A DNA stretch of 40,370 nt from Candidatus Wolframiiraptor gerlachensis (lineage in GTDB: Archaea > Thermoproteota > Nitrososphaeria_A > Caldarchaeales > Wolframiiraptoraceae), in the NCBI GenBank assembly GCA_021323375.2, contig JAJPCT020000005.1:1-40370 (forward strand), read 5' to 3'. Shown one piece after another: positions 37,541 through 40,370 of this stretch. A program made the translations under genes and the position numbers. How positions within the stretch are numbered: the stretch's first letter is position 1; each line of letters starts with the position of its first letter. A model generated the notes under the pieces. That model ran no database searches and was not told the origin of the DNA. It saw only the letters and a program-made list of their open reading frames with translations.

Positions 37541-37636
37541 CGAGTGATCATCTCCCGGATTCTTTAAGAGTATTTCCATGACGCCTTATCGCGGGAAGGG
37601 TAATTAACCCGGGTTGTCATGTCATTGGGGCTGGAT

Positions 37637-38080
37637 ATGGCAGAGATAAGGCAGGTTGATGTCTCGGGTAAGGAGGTTATTAGGAGGGAGGCGGTTGCGA
37701 GGGGGTTCATCAAGCTAAGACCTGAGACTATTCAGAGGATAAAGTCTGGCGCCTTGGAGAAGGGCGACCCGCTTCAAGTCGCGAGGCTCGCGGGGATAAA
37801 TGCCGCAAAGCTGACGCCATTCTTGCTCCCCCTCTGCCACCCGCTCAAGCTTGAGCATGTTGAAGTAAACCTCAGCGTTGTGGATGATGGTGTCGAGGTT
37901 GTGGTCAGGGTTGTCGCACATGAGAAGACTGGGGTCGAGATGGAGGCTTTAACAGCCGCCGCGATAGCCCTCCTCAATATATGGGATGTCGTCAAGCAAT
38001 ATGAGAAGGATGAGTCCGGCCAATATCCATTAACGGAGATCACCTCGATAAGGGTCTTGAGGAAGATTAAGGAGGGGTGA
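37637..38080 (+). CDS. moaC: Cyclic pyranopterin monophosphate synthase
   Basis: VDVSGK, KGDP, LPLCHP, TGVEMEAL and WDVVK motifs. Confidence 0.94.
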   Translation: MAEIRQVDVSGKEVIRREAVARGFIKLRPETIQRIKSGALEKGDPLQVARLAGINAAKLTPFLLPLCHPLKLEHVEVNLSVVDDGVEVVVRVVAHEKTGVEMEALTAAAIALLNIWDVVKQYEKDESGQYPLTEITSIRVLRKIKEG

Positions 38081-38613
38081 GGAGGCTGTCCTCGCCAAAG
38101 CATGAGCATGAGAAGCATGCGCCCAAGACTCTTAGATTCGCCCTCATAACTGTGAGCAGCTCTAGGTATGCGGCGAGGCGTGAGGGCAGACTCTACACGG
38201 ATGAGTCCCAGGATCTCGCGGCTGCGATGATAAACGAGCGAGGCCACGTGGTCGAGGTCAGGGAGCTTGTGGATGATGACATAGGAGCAATAAGAGCTCT
38301 CCTAGAAAAGCTCCTAGAGAGGGAGGATCTGGACGCGGTGATCTTCATCGGCGGGACGGGCTTCTCGAGGAGGGATGTGACGATAGAGGCTGTTAAGCCG
38401 TTTTTTGAGAAGGAGGTTGATGGGTTTGGGGAGCTATTCCGATGGCTCAGCTTCAGGGAGATTGGGGCGGCTGCGATCCTGAGCAGGGCCACGATGGGGA
38501 TTGCCCGCAGGAAGGCTGTTATCTGCCTACCCGGATCACCAAATGCTGTAAAGCTCGCTCTGGAGAACTTTCTCCAAGCCCTACCACACTTGATCTATAT
38601 TGCGAGATCCTGA
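38077..38613 (+). CDS. moaB: Molybdenum cofactor biosynthesis protein MoaB/MogA
   Basis: ITVSSS, VDDD, GGTGFSRRDVT, LSRA and LPGSP motifs. Confidence 0.9.
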   Translation: MRRLSSPKHEHEKHAPKTLRFALITVSSSRYAARREGRLYTDESQDLAAAMINERGHVVEVRELVDDDIGAIRALLEKLLEREDLDAVIFIGGTGFSRRDVTIEAVKPFFEKEVDGFGELFRWLSFREIGAAAILSRATMGIARRKAVICLPGSPNAVKLALENFLQALPHLIYIARS

Positions 38614-38621
38614 ATCTTGGT

Positions 38622-39137
38622 CTAACTCTTCTCGCTGGATTCTCCTTGGCCGGCTTGAGCGGCTATTGGCAGCGCGACCCTGATAAGCCTCTCCTCACCC
38701 CTCATCACGAGATAGCTCGGCGACCTGACCTTCCTGTCACCGACATAGACATGGCCATGAACTATGAGCTGCCTCGCCTGGTATATGGTCCTCGCGAGCC
38801 CGAGCTTATAGACCATTGTCTGAAGCCTTCTCTCGAGGATATCCCTGACTGTTAGCCTGAGGACATCATCAGCCGTCGCGTTCTCGTCAACAAGCCCCAT
38901 CCTATAGAGTCGCCCCATGAGAATGCGCTCCTCCCTAGCCCGCACCTCGCCAGTAAGACCGAAGAGTTTCCTCGCATGAGCCCTAATCTTCCTCAGGATC
39001 GTCTGCGCCCTCCACAACTCCCTCTTATTCCTCAGACCATATTCTCCGACAAGCTGAAGCTCAACGGCTAGCCTATCAGCCTTCCAAGGATGACTCGGAG
39101 TCTCATACTGCTTCCTAGGTCTCTTCGGATCTCCCAT
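38622..39137 (-). CDS. rps4: 30S ribosomal protein S4 (uS4)
   Basis: MGDPK, YGLRNKRELW, LERRLQT and ARQLIVHGH motifs. Confidence 0.97.
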   Translation of the reverse strand: MGDPKRPRKQYETPSHPWKADRLAVELQLVGEYGLRNKRELWRAQTILRKIRAHARKLFGLTGEVRAREERILMGRLYRMGLVDENATADDVLRLTVRDILERRLQTMVYKLGLARTIYQARQLIVHGHVYVGDRKVRSPSYLVMRGEERLIRVALPIAAQAGQGESSEKS

Positions 39138-39523
39138 TCCGCCCGAGACCCCTCAAGGCCTCCCTTATTAACATAACCCATCGCCGGGCTAGACTTAACC
39201 TGACCACTCAAGCCCACACCACCCCCTCGATAAGAGCCTTTATCAAATTTCTTTCCCTCATCTTTGTCATCTATATAATGGGTTTTCAGCCATTTTTGGG
39301 ATAGTCTTTAACAAAGGAGGGCCCATGTTAGGGATTGTTATGGATGATCTGATCGTGGGGGAGGTCTTTGGTTGAGTGGGGATCCGGAGACCATATGAAA
39401 AGTTTGGAGATGCCTCCGAGGAGGCAGGATGCGTTGGTAAGGTAGTGGATTATGTGTATGAGGAGATTCATGGTAAGCTGATGGAGATACTGGAAAAGGC
39501 CGACCCCTTGGGGGTGAGTAAGG

Positions 39524-40370
39524 ATGCCTGTGGAGGAGGTAACGCTTACGACGAGGTTTAAGGTGGATCTCACGGATGTTGATGAGGCTGTGATCTCGGA
39601 GATACAGCGCCTCTTCGCGGAGTATCAGGAGATCGTGAATGAGCTCATTAAGTTCGCTACAAGTAAGCATATTACGAGTTTCGTGGAATTGCATCATGCA
39701 AAGTATCGGGAACTGAGGCAAAGATATCCGATATTGCCATGGCGTTATATTATTACCGCCTGCCGGCATGCTACCAGAATCTACAAGTCATTCTCATGAA
39801 GCTGAAGGAGCTGGAAATGTGTGAAAAGGATAGGCCGGTGTTTAAAAGATGGGCTGTGTGGTTGGATCATCGTTTATTTAAGCTTGATGTCGAGAGCTGA
39901 GGGCTTCAATAATGCTTCATGGCAGGAGATGGGTTATGTTGAGGTTATTTCACGGAAAATACCATGATAAATTCAGGTGGATAAAGCTTGATGAGGCGCA
40001 ACTGGTGTTGAAGAGGGATAGCAACCTCTACATGAATGTTAGCTTCTCTCAGATGGTTACGCTACTGGAGATAAATGCGAATGTTAAAATTATTGCGGTT
40101 GATGTTAATGAGAATGTTATCATATATGGTAACGAGGATTTCATTGAGAGGTTTGAGACGAATGAGGGGATTATTAGGACACGATACTTCCTTAAGCGTA
40201 GGAGGCTACAGACGAAGATTCGTGGTAAAGAGTTACGAAAGAAGTAAGCGGCTAAGAAGATAATCAGCAGAGCGCTGGAGATCGGGGCTACAGCGATCGT
40301 GATGGAGGATCTTATGATCCATAAGAAGGATCCATGCTCTGAGGAGCTTAATGGGCGGATACATCGCTGG
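39524..40370 (+). pseudogene. tnpB: TnpB/Cas12f-like (IS200/IS605) RNA-guided nuclease pseudogene, running off the window edge
   Basis: Fragments join across frameshifts near 39795 and 39900 and an in-frame stop at 40245-40247; RuvC-I IAVDVN and RuvC-II IVMEDL. Confidence 0.8.

Overview
Chromosomal segment of a thermophilic TACK-type archaeon (crenactin plus GINS23-MCM synteny; a Caldarchaeales/Korarchaeota/Thermoproteales-like origin is inferred, not proven). It is mostly housekeeping. It carries tRNA processing and modification genes (rnz, Trm-G10, taw1) and a replication cluster (Hel308, intein-containing MCM, GINS23, Cdc6/Orc1, RFC-L/S, TatD). It also has EF-2, a crenactin/arcadin-2 operon, a small carbon-metabolism cluster, moaC/moaB, rps4 and a TnpB pseudogene at the right edge. 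Non-coding features absent from the ORF track are a box C/D guide sRNA (301-357), an intron-containing tRNA-Gly(CCC) (13371-13468), a ~120-nt structured RNA candidate (11517-11637) and an array of 20-bp palindromes in the divergent gap upstream of EF-2. The best candidate for a new system is an islet between GINS and tRNA-Gly. It encodes a compact (290 aa) IS110/TasR-like RuvC protein, a coupled 94-aa partner ORF, and a convergent, separately promoted multi-hairpin RNA that ends at the RuvC gene's stop codon. Second candidates are a crenactin-coupled protein with a MinD-like membrane-targeting tail, and an origin/centromere-like palindrome array beside an RHH-like gene. All calls come from reading the sequence by eye; no searches were run.
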